Below, one piece after another: positions 1 through 12,100 of a stretch of DNA of 64,000 bases. The translations under genes and the position numbers were made by a program. This DNA comes from Antedon mediterranea (Eukaryota; Animalia; Echinodermata). The notes below the pieces were generated by a model. It ran no database searches. It saw only the letters and a list, made by a program, of their open reading frames with translations, and had not been told where the DNA came from. Within the stretch, counting starts at the first letter, position 1, and the number at the start of each line of letters is the position of its first letter. Location: the NCBI RefSeq assembly GCF_964355755.1, contig NC_092672.1:11532001-11596000 (forward strand), given 5' to 3'.

Positions 1-2822
1 TTGATAATCAAAGGTATGTTATCGATGTTATTAGACGATTTCTTTGAAAAGAATAACAGAAATCTAACCACAATCGGAAAGTACTCTGTGTGAATGTCAA
101 GGTCTCAATTGAGTTGAAGTAAGTGATGATTCAAATATTTATGTATGATGCCAGATTAAAATTAACACCATTAATTACAACTGTAATGATTAAAAGAAAG
201 GTGACGTCATCTGGCACCCAAGTCACTAACGTTAGTCATGGGATATTCAGAGTTCAATAACACATCAGACTAATCATCGATTAACATGATTGTTACAAAA
301 ATGTTATTCTTGGCAGTTATAAAATTTGTTGAATAAAATTTGAATTTCGCGACAGTAAGTAAAGATATTTTACTTAGGCCTATTCAATCGAGATCCTAAA
401 AGTATTGAAAATGTATAAAACAACATTTCACAAATTAACAAAAAAACAACCTTACTACATTATGTTTACATTTATCCCGATGAAAGACCTTAATGGGCTT
501 TAATAAAAGTAATTTGAGCTGTTATGTTTTTATGTTCTGTTATATAATTGTGAATAAATATCAATAAGTGACCAATGAAAGAATTTGAGAACCATCTATA
601 TAAGCAGGACCATTTTGTGACCTTATTTTTGTTCTTCCTTGTATTAACAATACTTCAGTTTAAAAAAAACCCGTATTAATAGCGAGCGTCAATCTAATAT
701 CATACATAGCACTGAAAATTATGCAAGACATCTGTATATTGTCAAGGTAGCATTTACCAGGCAGCCTGTCAGTTTTAATTCGTCATATTTTAAATTGTAT
801 TGACATATGAGTTCAGTTAGAATCATGTACGGTATTTAACCTGCGGCGATACAAAGAATGTAGAAAAAGACACAACTGTAATAATATCAATAATAGTAAC
901 CTAATTTAAAAACTATTTTTGGGGGAATAGTCACCGAGAATGTTTTTTTTTTTTTTTTTTTTACTTTAAGGTTACGTAAATTATCTGTGATCTCTTTCTT
1001 TCTTTATTTCTATTCATCATACACATTCATAAACAAACAAAGCATAGTACAAAATGAGAATGAACAACACATTTAAATGTGCCAAGAAATATAGGAAATA
1101 CAAATATATGAAGACAAAAAGTACGTACTGTAGGCCTACTAGTACTTAGCCATGGAAGAGTTGTTGGTGTGCAGTTTTTAAGAAAATATTGAACCAGACA
1201 ATGTAAATAAACCCAAGAGTGTACCGCATCACTCATATCATGTAACCTACTTCATAATTTATTAGGGGCTCTAGTCAAATCTAAAAATGCATCAGTCACA
1301 TTCATAAGCATCACCACAATAGTCAATACTGCATCGCTGTGGTGCTACTCAGCATGTATCAGTAAAACCCAATTTAATAGTAACTTTAACAACTTAAAGG
1401 GCCAGTAGAAATTAATTTAATATCGATAATTATCAACATTCATTAACGGCAACATATTTTTTAACGGACACTATTATAAGTTCGTTCATTATTTGATTTG
1501 GCGCGCAGGAACCGGTCGAGTATACAAGGCTCGAGGTGGTTTATAATCGATTTCGGACTGGCCGAGTTGACAGGGACCGAGGTGGGTTAGGACCGAGTTG
1601 GGTCGAATTCATTGAACATTATTATAGACCCATACGTGTAGCTGTACAAGCACAATTCGCGTCATACGACGTTTTACATCGTTTTTTCCAATACCGTAGA
1701 GGACATCCCTTACTTTCAAAGGCATTCATTTATTTTCAAATTTTCTTAGCGGAAATGCTAAACTGTTTGAACACCTGCAAAATATTCTCATAGCATATGA
1801 TATCATACATCCGAAGCTTGTTGTTTCAGAAGATCCAAAAGTTTGCCTAAAAGAAATACGATTCTGGGATAAGAAATTACCTGTGAATCGGTTTACTATC
1901 ATGAATAAACAAGTTGCTTAAAACACTTAGCATCATGAAGTGTATAAGTCTACGTTGTTTAATCAAATTGTTTTACATCGAAAAAAGATCAATTTTAGTA
2001 GCTGCCAACATTAATGCTGTTGGATTTTGAAGAGTGGGCCTACTGGTTTACTAAAATAATTTATTCGACAGCATTGTGATCGTTCGGCGTCTACGGCTAT
2101 TCGTGAGTCCACTATTGTTCGTTGTTATTCCGTTAGTCCGTTCATTTCGGTTGTAAGTTCGAACGTTTGTGCAATGATGACCAACGAACACAAATATATT
2201 AATTTGATTTATTTTAGAAGATGCTTTTATAGACGTTGGTACAATGGTTATCCTGAATTACTTTTTCTATAAATAATTACACGTTTTGTGTTAGGCTTAG
2301 ATGTTGTTACATGAATAGGCTAATACATATTTATAAAACACCAAATTATCTAGTGTTATTATGCCCCTTTAAAGTGTATTGAACAAAAAAATGGGAACTT
2401 AATGGGAACATTGCCGTTTTTAAGATCATGTTCATATCACATCACATCACAACTGTGTGTTTAGCAGGCGGCGCCAAATTGGCCCAGACTACCTTAACAA
2501 ATTACTAAGCAACTCAATCATTCTAATTTCTGAAGAGTTTTAAAAACTGTTATCGCGTCATAAAAAGTTACCAAGCAACGAGGTTGTATTCCAACACGAA
2601 CGCAATAATTTTGGCGCCAATGTGCTCTGCTCCGCCTGTCCCCTGACGACCGATCCATTATTGTAAAATAAGTAAATATACGACAGAAACACACGCAAAA
2701 GAACACAAAAATGTTTATACGTATTATCGTAGGGACTTCAAGTGGATATAGATATTTCTATTATTTACGAGGACTAAATAAGTTACACGTGGTTGTTTTC
2801 TTAGTCACGATCGCCTTTGTTA

Positions 2823-3638
2823 GGGCCTGTTTCTGCTGCAACTGCTCAAAATACGGTATAAAAATACGGTATAAAATACGGTATTTTTTATACCGTATTT
2901 TTTAGTACCCCGTTTCTGCTAACAATACTTCTTGGGTGGTCGTGTTAAATTTCATCTTTCTTACCCAAATTGCCATTCATTTATTTGGTCGATAATTAAA
3001 AGTCGCAATAAAGGAAGTTTTACGTCTCACTTTCAACAGCCTAGCCCTAGTGATAGAGATGTTGTGAGAGCACAGAAAACATCGTAATGGGGACAATTAA
3101 TTCGTTCCCTCCCCGAGTTATTGTATTTTGCAATGTTGTATTGCTTTCGCAGGCTCTTCAGCTTTGAGTTTACTTGCTTTGGAGACAAGTCTATTCCATA
3201 CTCCTGCTTTATTTTTTTAGAAATGTCTTTATAAATGTGGTTGTCCCTTTTATTAGTTGGCCAGACATTTTAGCTTCCCCACACACATTTATTTAGTAAA
3301 ACTGTGACGTCTTCGCTCCACATTTTCGCCGAATATATCTATACACGTGTGTAAAGCATCTGACAGCGACAGAAAATAAAAATACGAATGTTGACCTTTT
3401 GTCATGTAAAAAAAAAATACGGTATTTTTTATTGGCAGCAGAAACGGGTACAAAAAATACGGTATAAATTTGTAAATACCGTATTTTATCCACAAATTTT
3501 GTGGGGAAAATACGGTATACAAAATACGGTATATTTTTTATGAGCGCAGTTTCTGCTGCCAAAAATATACCGTATATATACGGTATTCAAAAAATACCGT
3601 AAAATATACGGTATTTAGTTGGCAGCAGAAACAGGGCC
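2823..3638. mobile_element. Non-autonomous TIR element (PIF/Harbinger-like foldback MITE)
   Basis: Left end GGGCCTGTTTCTGCTGCAACT; right end AGTTGGCAGCAGAAACAGGGCC (revcomp GGCCCTGTTTCTGCTGCCAACT); flanked by TTA at 2820-2822 and 3639-3641 (3-bp TTA TSD, typical of PIF/Harbinger); many subterminal AAATACGGTAT motifs in both orientations. Confidence 0.85.
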
Positions 3639-3824
3639 TTAGACGCTGGAACGTTTCAAATAGTGAGTAGGATTAAAATTACGCAAACTGTTTGAGTAGG
3701 GTAACTTATGAAATAAAAACTGCTACCTAAAATAAACTCTGATTGGTATTGAATAAAGCGAATATCGTTGGATGTGCGAACTTTTAAAAACAAAATATAT
3801 CTAGGCCTATTTTATATAATTATA

Positions 3825-4160
3825 GCGAGGAGTCAAATGGCGGAGCGGTTAAGGCAGGGGCGCCGTTTACCGTACCTAGAACCAACAACATCGCCAAGGG
3901 TTCGAGGCCGACTCGCTCCTAGTTCTGGTGGAGGAACAAGTCTTCTTGGATAAGGACTATAGACCATAGGTACAGTATATATAGTTATAACCTGTGTGCA
4001 CTTTAAAAAATCCAGTTCATTATTCGAGAAGAGTAGTGGAATACCCCGGTGAACTGGTTCACAAAATAGTCCCTGTATCAGGGGGATTACCACCTATCTG
4101 ATAGGACAGTGATTAATTTACTATTGGCCACGTTGCCTAAAGACATAAAAAAAATAATAA
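3825..4160 (+). mobile_element. tRNA-derived SINE with Deu/Nin-type central domain
   Basis: A box TGGCGGAGCGG (~3838), B box GGTTCGAGGCC (~3899), core TCTTCTTGGATAAGGACTATAGACC...GCACTTTAAA...TTCGAGAAGAGTAG...CCCCGGTG resembling the DeuSINE/Nin domain, A-rich tail ~4147-4165; second copy at 61021-61345. Confidence 0.8.
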
Positions 4161-7100
4161 TATAATATTAATTCTAATAAGACTAATTACTGAAAAAAAA
4201 TGACAATACTGTGGGTAGTGGCTGGATCTCAATAGTGTGGCAAAAAAAGCGAAAAGCTAATCAAAACGATAAAGTAAAACAGCCAGAAGAGTTAGCAGAA
4301 CTTTCGGGCAACACTAGCCCTTCATCAGTGCATGTGAAAGTACTTAATTAAAGTTTTAATAGAAATATCTAGTTAGGCCTATAATGAGACTCTTTTTGTG
4401 AAACAGAAAGGGGTTAGTGCCGTGAACAGATTTAATTGAGAAACTTGGCCTAACGTAATAGGCCTAGTTTTCAAGTATCTAGTCCGGGATAGGCAAATGA
4501 CGTCCATTATGTTGGACACAGTGATGCCCAAACTGTGTCTAACAGAAATTAATCCCAGTCCCTCTATATAAATGCCTTTTGTTTTATATGTTAGTTGAAA
4601 GTTGAACAATCAATGAACATGAACAACAAGCAAAACATGTTAAGCTTATATATACGCAATATTTGGATAAAAAATATTTTTACCATCTGTAACATGCAAT
4701 ATCAGTCTAGTATTCTGTCGGGGCAATATTGTAATATATTTGTATAGGCTACGATAAAATAAATTATAGGCCTATCAGGTAGAACAATAGTAAATATTCG
4801 ATACACATCTACACAACTTAAAATTAATTAAATGTTGCCTAATTATGTATACAGAAAATAAAATATTTGTGATCAAACCAAAAATTCGCAATAAGCTACA
4901 AAACTCATATTTATATGTATTATACTGTATATAAGCCTACTACTGCAGATATTAAACTAGGCTTAAATCATTGGAATTGGAAAACAAATATTGATTTTAT
5001 TTAGTTATTAGATGATCCGACTTTTTTTAGTATGTTGATTCCCAAATTTGTCTCGAACCAGCATAAACGGTTTAAATGATTTTTCGTAATTATCATTTAA
5101 CTTTTTTATTGAAGGAACCTTTTAGTTTCATGTTTGATATCAAAGGTACGGTACTGTGAGAAACCGGTATTATCAACCAAAAATATCGAGAAAATGTTTC
5201 GTCGTAACTGGTAGTCAGTATTGCTATTCTATTGGCCCATTATGAATGTCTACAGTGTAGCCAATGAGTTTACCCCATAACAAGCATGTTTACAACACCT
5301 ACCCGTACCAACAGCGTCTGGGGCACAACGAAATGTATAAAATCCCCACTGTTCCTCATACCATCACAATTAACTATCATCAGTAAGTTAATTATTATTA
5401 GTTACCCAAGGCTACATGGTAGACTGTAAGTCTACATTTTGATTTTAAATTCTTTAATTTGGCTTGTGTCGTCAATCGTAAGACCTAGATTTCAGTTTGG
5501 TTTTCACATTGGTTTCGTCGACGAAATGTTAAGCCCACTGGCCGTGCCAAGAAGGGGATGTTGACAAGCCGCTAAATAGAGCAATCACTCTCTGATCTGC
5601 ATATTAACACCTAAAATGAATCCAACAACTGCCAAACACTTTGACTAAATCAGAGATTGATGGGCTTAATATAGAATACTATGTTTCGTAACACTTTCTT
5701 CTTACTTAAGTATAGGCCTAAGTACATTAACCTATTCTAGGCCTATACCCAACATACACATATCTATCGATTGTGTAATGCCGACGTAATGAACATTACA
5801 TCTGGTAGGAAGAGACAATGAATCAACAAGGAATGATTTTACATTTGATTCACAAATACTATTACTCTGTACCTATTGTAGTAACTTTTTACACTATTTT
5901 ACGGATTTGACGAGACAATTTTTAGATTCAGCTAAATATTTTTAATTGAATATCTTCTTGGAATTTATGAACGTCATCTAATTTTAACATTTTTAACAAT
6001 CATTTCATTTAGGAAAATGTACATAATGGTATGATGCGGCATAGTTGGATAAGATCCAATTTGACAGGCCTACAATCCTGTTAAGCATTAGGCCTATTAT
6101 TATTATTATATTCATATTGCTATTTGAATTATGAAAACATTTGGTTTTCTATATGAACGGCTTAATCACAATTCTGAACAAACGGAAATAGAGCAGATAC
6201 ATACATAGGTATACATGATTAATAATTTCCGGTTCCAATTTTGCACTGCAAGTTCTGTAGATTTAAAATTCGTTTCCGGACTTTAACATTTTCAGGAACA
6301 TAAAATGGCATATTTCCCATGATTTCCTTCTACGAAGGACCAATGTAGTAAATAAAACAAAACTTCAGAATTAGTATTATTTCTTTGTATAGAGAACTGG
6401 TGGGAGATGCTTTCCGGGGGCCAGATATGATATTCGTATGCCATTGTTCTTATTTTAGTACAGTACTTTCCAAACACTGATGTTGTTTTATGGCATAGGC
6501 CCTAGTCTACTATGTTAGTCTATTCATCATGAATACATTGTACACATAATTAAGAAGAACGTATTTCCAGAGAGTTGTAAATCAGTAATAACGTTCAAGA
6601 TAACACTTATAAAATGTGACGTAATGATTGGCATCCGTTATATTCGAGTTCCATGTAGAAGTAATTAGGCAAATTAGTGGAACTAGACATTAATGGTTTC
6701 CATTTGAAGCATGGTGCGATATTTAGAGTAATTAATTAATTATAATGATTGTACTTGTCTGACCTTGAAGTCTGCTCAGAGAAGACTGGTATGATTAACG
6801 CCCGATGAAGATGTGCGTTATAGTTTGCGTCGCTCTGCAGTGTCACGCCGGGTCAGTTCATGTCACCGTTAGACTGACACCTGCAATAACTTATATTATA
6901 AGAGAAGAATACAATTCCCTCAACATAGGACGAATGAAAAAAAACACATGGAAAACCTGAGTACAACATTTGCACATGATGGAGATCATGGACCAATGGA
7001 TGACTAACTCGAAGTGTAATTTCAAATTTCCATAATCTAACTGTAGGGGATACACGATTCGGGCACATTATTTCCACAGTTGAGGACGATACAGTAAAAC

Positions 7101-7674
7101 CAACTCCCTGGTAAAACCGTGTATTGTTTACACATATTTCATTCGCTGGAGAATGAGAGTCAATGAAATCATCAGAAACCATTCGTTTACAAATTCAGAG
7201 TTTTTTTCATTCTATTTTTGTGTAAAATAATCGTAAACCAATGTATAAAATGAAATACTCATGTACAATAAGATCGTATTGGCATTTTTATCTGGATCTT
7301 TAAAAGAAGTTTCGTGTTGTTGCCAGGAACCCATTGATTAAGCGTCGGCCTAATTAGAATAACGCTTTCATTATTTAGTGGCCTACGGTATGATGAACCA
7401 CACTGTCCACATTGTTCAAAATTGTTCAGAACTTGTTTGCCTAAATGATTAACAAACAACGACAACAGACTTAACTGCAGACATGTGACAATTACGAAAA
7501 TTACCTAAGCCTTACAAGTCATTGTGCCTATGTTCTGAAATTACAGATTAAAATTGATTCTAACAAAAGTTCCAACGATATTAGAGAAAAACGACATTCC
7601 GATTTGCAAATGATCTTGTGGAAGACATGACGTAAAGGAAGGGATATTGGACTGACGTGCGGTTTGCTTCATGT

Positions 7675-7800
7675 TCCTTGTGTCCATAGGATAAAAACAC
7701 TTTATTCTCACTGCCACGTTCTTCGGATAGGACGTGAAGCTGTCGGCCCGTATGCGTAAAACAATGCACGATAAAGATAATAAAGGAGTAGGATTGTCTC
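7675..7800 (+). mobile_element. Degenerate SINE fragment (CORE-like plus Nin-like motifs)
   Basis: TGTGTCCATAGGATAAAAACACTTTATTCTCACTG followed by CTTCGGATAGGACGTGAAGCTGTCGGCCCG...GCACGATAAAGA...GAGTAGG, recalling conserved SINE core domains. Confidence 0.4.
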
Positions 7801-8345
7801 AGTCATGGTTGCCGTGAAGAGGAAGAGAGCCTAATATACATCAATAAGTTCTGTCAAATTGCATAACCTGACTGTTAAATTATGTTATTCGTGGTTATAC
7901 AGATTCACATCCCATCAGACCAACGTCTTAATGTCCAATCCGAATAGTAGCACTGATTTGAAATTCATCTCACAAGAAAAATGCAGAAGAAAAAATAAAC
8001 TGATATAATACTGTAGTATCCATATTAATCTTTCTTAACAGAACCATAATACATTGTATGAAAGTAGAACGATGAAATAATGTGTATTTATTCAATAAAT
8101 ACACACATTAGAGCATATTTGCACATCATTCTCACCCTGCTTTCAAATGTTGATTTTACATGTTGTTTATTATCTTATAATCTCATCGTGTTATGCCAGC
8201 AAGAATATCGATAATTTAATAAAAATTCACCTATGTTTTGCTTATTTGACCTGCTAGCAAAATATCATGTTATATTTATATAAACAGATAGTTTTAGTGC
8301 GCAAACATGACGATATTTTGTCTTTTCAATCTCAACTAGAAAAAT

Positions 8346-8361
8346 CCACCTGGGGGCGCTA
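8346..8361 (+). promoter_or_regulatory. CTCF-like motif
   Basis: CCACCTGGGGGCGCTA, one mismatch to the CTCF core CCACCAGGGGGCGCTA, in very AT-rich context. Confidence 0.35.
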
Positions 8362-9066
8362 GAATGCCGGTTCTTGTTAGCAGGACATTTCAAATTTTAA
8401 CCCAATTACTACAACAAACAATAGTTCACTAACACCGACCATGAGATATCTAGTCAATAGCATGCGGTTCAATTAGGCCACTAATTTAAAATATGTAACT
8501 TAAAACGACATGAATCGCTCGCCAGGATATCCGTCCATCCTATCGATAAGAGCGGGCTTCTTGACCCTCATCCGAAGGCTACGCCCCAGGCTGGACATAT
8601 AGCAGGTACGGCCCATGTAGTCATTATCCAAATAACACACAGATGAAGATACAAATCAATATATCGGAAAATGACATTGTTGTGAGAAATTCATGTGATG
8701 AAGATAAAAACATGAAATGTCTTATACTTCGTTTGATAACAATAGTACTGTACAACTAAATGACCGCCAGTCAAGATAATAAAGACTGCGATTAATTCAT
8801 GATAGACCCAAGTAATAAGTTTACACACACCCTATTTCAATTAGTATGGGGTCTTATCAAATTAGCATAATTACCGGTTCGACGGAACATGATTGAAATT
8901 ATACAAATGTAATCACACATTTGTATAAATTAACATATACTAATTTGTATAAAGGTTATTTAAATTTTTTTTTACATAGTACTGTATACAAATATTGCAC
9001 ATTAAAATAAGATTTATAATATTACACCTTATAGTGTTTCAAATAAAATTGACATTTTTTGTTTCG

Positions 9067-9182
9067 TTTTTAGTCGCGTGGACGCGACTCAATAGTTCAC
9101 TATGTCGGTCGGTCGGTCTGTCTGTCGGTCCGGTATCACTATGCGTTTTAGCACGCGACTTATGGCTGTTGGCCTTGTTTTT
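9067..9182 (+). mobile_element. Short Helentron-associated (HINE/DINE-1-like) non-autonomous element
   Basis: T-runs at both ends; 5' hairpin AGTCGCGT-GG-ACGCGACT (9072-9089); (GTCG/GTCT)n microsatellite 9104-9130; subterminal inverted copy CACGCGACT (9152-9160); small 3' stem-loop GGCTGTTGGCC then TTGTTT. Confidence 0.8.
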
Positions 9183-12100
9183 AACAAGCTAGCAATGTTC
9201 ATGAAAAAAACCTTAAAAATTATATATATATTTTGAATATAGGCCTAGGCCTACTTTTGTTTGTGATTATTCGCGTCGCTTTTCAACACATTTTTCATGA
9301 ACATAACATTTCTTTGATTCTTTTTGGAAGAAGAGGGTCATTAGTGTATCCAAATTCAAGGAACTGGGGTATATTTTAACACATATGTTGTTACAGACAG
9401 ATATACCCACTTTAAATATCGACCAAAGTAGCATTTTATATACCCACTCTTATATTGTAATCAAGTTGAATAACAAATATTAACAGTAGGTACGAATCCT
9501 TCAAGTATTATTATATAGGCCTAATTGCTTTCTGATAATAGACATGGCGCCAACGATGTTTTGCAAAACAGACCCACGTGGTTATTGATTTATCATAAAA
9601 GAACAAGTAATCAATCCTAGCACAAAATGTTTGATAATGGTATATAATAGAATTAGATTGTATAAATCGATTGGAAAACGGAGAGCGGAAAACGGACCTG
9701 AAAAAAACAGGAGACACGTACAACCGTTTACTTTTACCGAAAAGTATGCAAAACACAAATATTTGTGATACGAAATAGGTCTAACTGTATTGCAGTAGAC
9801 ATCTATAACTTATAATTGGTTAGATCAATTAACATTCCTAAGAGATAAGTTAGGGGGTGGGATTGGTGATAAACCGGTATATTATTGTGTTGTATCGATG
9901 CCAAGTCAAAATATAGTAAAGTTATAACATGTAACAATGCATCAAGATTAAACTACCGTATACATTACTATCTGTCAAAGTGCAATACCTGCGCTTATAA
10001 TGATTGAACAAATGTTATTGGCCTTAGCACACAGTACGGTACAGGGGATGAGGTACCGTAAACGAGAGTTTTAAAAGAAGACAATTTGCGCTTTTAATAA
10101 ATCTTTTTTGAGGTACATATACATATATTCCAAAGCAGAAAAGTGGTACTTCTATAGGAGTAAATCGACCATAAATTAATATCGTAGATATAGGCATACA
10201 ATAGAAGTAAAGTATGAAAGGCTTACGCACTTTTTTTCTGAAAAAGCTGACCGCTTGATCTTACTAATCTCATAGGATTTTGAATTTTTAAGATGACATG
10301 ACAATCAACCTATTTAATAAAATCAGATTCATCGACTTTCGTTGATTATTTGTAACAATCCTTTAAGTAAATACAGTAAATAAATTACCTTAACAAGAAA
10401 AAGGTGAACTACATACTAGGTCAAATGTATCAGCAATTTAAATTTACATTTAAAAAAGTAAGGGTAACTTCCAGAATGTAAAATTTTGATAATGTGACCG
10501 TAGAAGAAAGTTTATTTTTCACAATAAAATGGCACGCATTGCTAGCTGAGCGCACTATTCACTTCCGATTTGTACGCACACGAGCGTGACCTTGTAAAAT
10601 TGATTATCCTCATTCATAAAGTACGATACTTCAAAGAAAGATCTAATTAGGAAACACGTCACTAGCTTCACAAGTGGATGACACATATTATATTTGAAGA
10701 TTTTAATGAACAGGGCAACTTCGATTCAATACCATGATGAGATTTTGTAACAATTAAATCGCTCTAATTACGCAATAATAGAGTAAACGAAGGTGATTTC
10801 ATTAGTGTTCTTGGAAGGTTCAAATCATCGAGTGTATTACTGGAGTGTATTTTACTTAAGTCAATAAGTGGATATGGCGTACTCTTCCAATTCTTTAATG
10901 CTTTTCTAGTGTATTACATCATTCAACTTGTGTCTAGAAGATGCTTAGGGCTAATGTAAAACCTACTTTTATTCAGTTTTTAAATATAGATTGTCCTGAA
11001 AAAAAAATTGTTAAATAGTTTTGTTGTTAGATCATTGACATACATTATTGTATAGCCTAGGCTCATGGTTGGAATGTCATATTAGAAAATGGAAAAAAAA
11101 ATATCTGAAAAAGCCTTCATCTTTGTCACGAGTAGAACCATGTGGGTACGGCACAGAAACATATATTAGATTAGATTAACTATATTAATTAGACTAATTA
11201 AAAATCATAGTGGTTACCACCAATCATTCTTTTAGAAAATGTTTATTCTTATCATGATATATGAACAAGAATGGAACTGTCATTCAACATGTCAATCATC
11301 TAACAACAAGATATCTACTCAATCAACATCCAGTCTGATTAATTATAGACAGACTTAATTATTTGACCAATGTCCTCACGTTACAGATACAATGGACAAA
11401 AACATTAGAAAATCAAGAAAACACGCTGACCATTTCCAGAACAGAACAGTTTACAATTTCCGTTACATCGTATCTAGATGACTATCATAATCAATGGCAG
11501 CTTCCCACGAGACGTCTAAAAGTTAACCAATACCTTTGTGATATAGTTACAAATATGAAAACTTTGACGTGAAATTTGACACTTTCCATGTGTCTATGTC
11601 AGGTGACTTTCGGCAGGTGATGTTCACCAGATAACGTGTTGACACCTGGTATTAAAATTTGGACAATCATGCAATTGACCACCTGTATTTTTAATGTACC
11701 GATGTTGTAAAACACAACAATTACAACTAAAATATGTCGATCAGAAACACGATAAACCATTTGATGTTAATATCGAAAATAGGTTATCCTATTTGCCATG
11801 TCAATTTAGATTACGCATAGCACCCATGAACACAGAGGTCTACCCTCCCTCAGGAATGTGGTCTATTTTCTCGGGTTTGAGCATTTAGTTCGTCGGAATT
11901 CTATTTTATTTGTCAATTTTCATGATATTTTTCGTAGCCTAGATTACGGTAATGTAGTACTATTTTTCAATTTTGTTAAAAATATTAATAAATCACATAA
12001 TAAACAGCTTTAATTCCAACAACAATTATATATTGTTTTTCATCAAGTTATTCTGATAGAGAAACACACACACACACTAATAACATGTTCTGAAATATCG

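Noticed and set aside
202-209. CRE palindrome TGACGTCA (also ~19893)
   Set aside because: A single 8-mer without further support; the second lies inside a MITE.
1665-1921. Peptide fragments DVL..R..HP / HLQNILIAYDIIHPKL, reminiscent of a TBC RabGAP motif
   Set aside because: Needs frameshifts, lacks the YxQGM motif and has no consistent splice sites; likely chance.
5258-5390. CCAAT + TATAAAA + GTAAGT as a plus-strand promoter/exon (similar CCAAT/TATA words near 15205)
   Set aside because: Short motifs are expected by chance in AT-rich DNA and no downstream coding exon was found.
6853-7182. 109-aa ORF as next exon of the secreted-protein gene
   Set aside because: No recognisable domain; the acceptor at ~6882 leads to stops in all frames within 10 codons.
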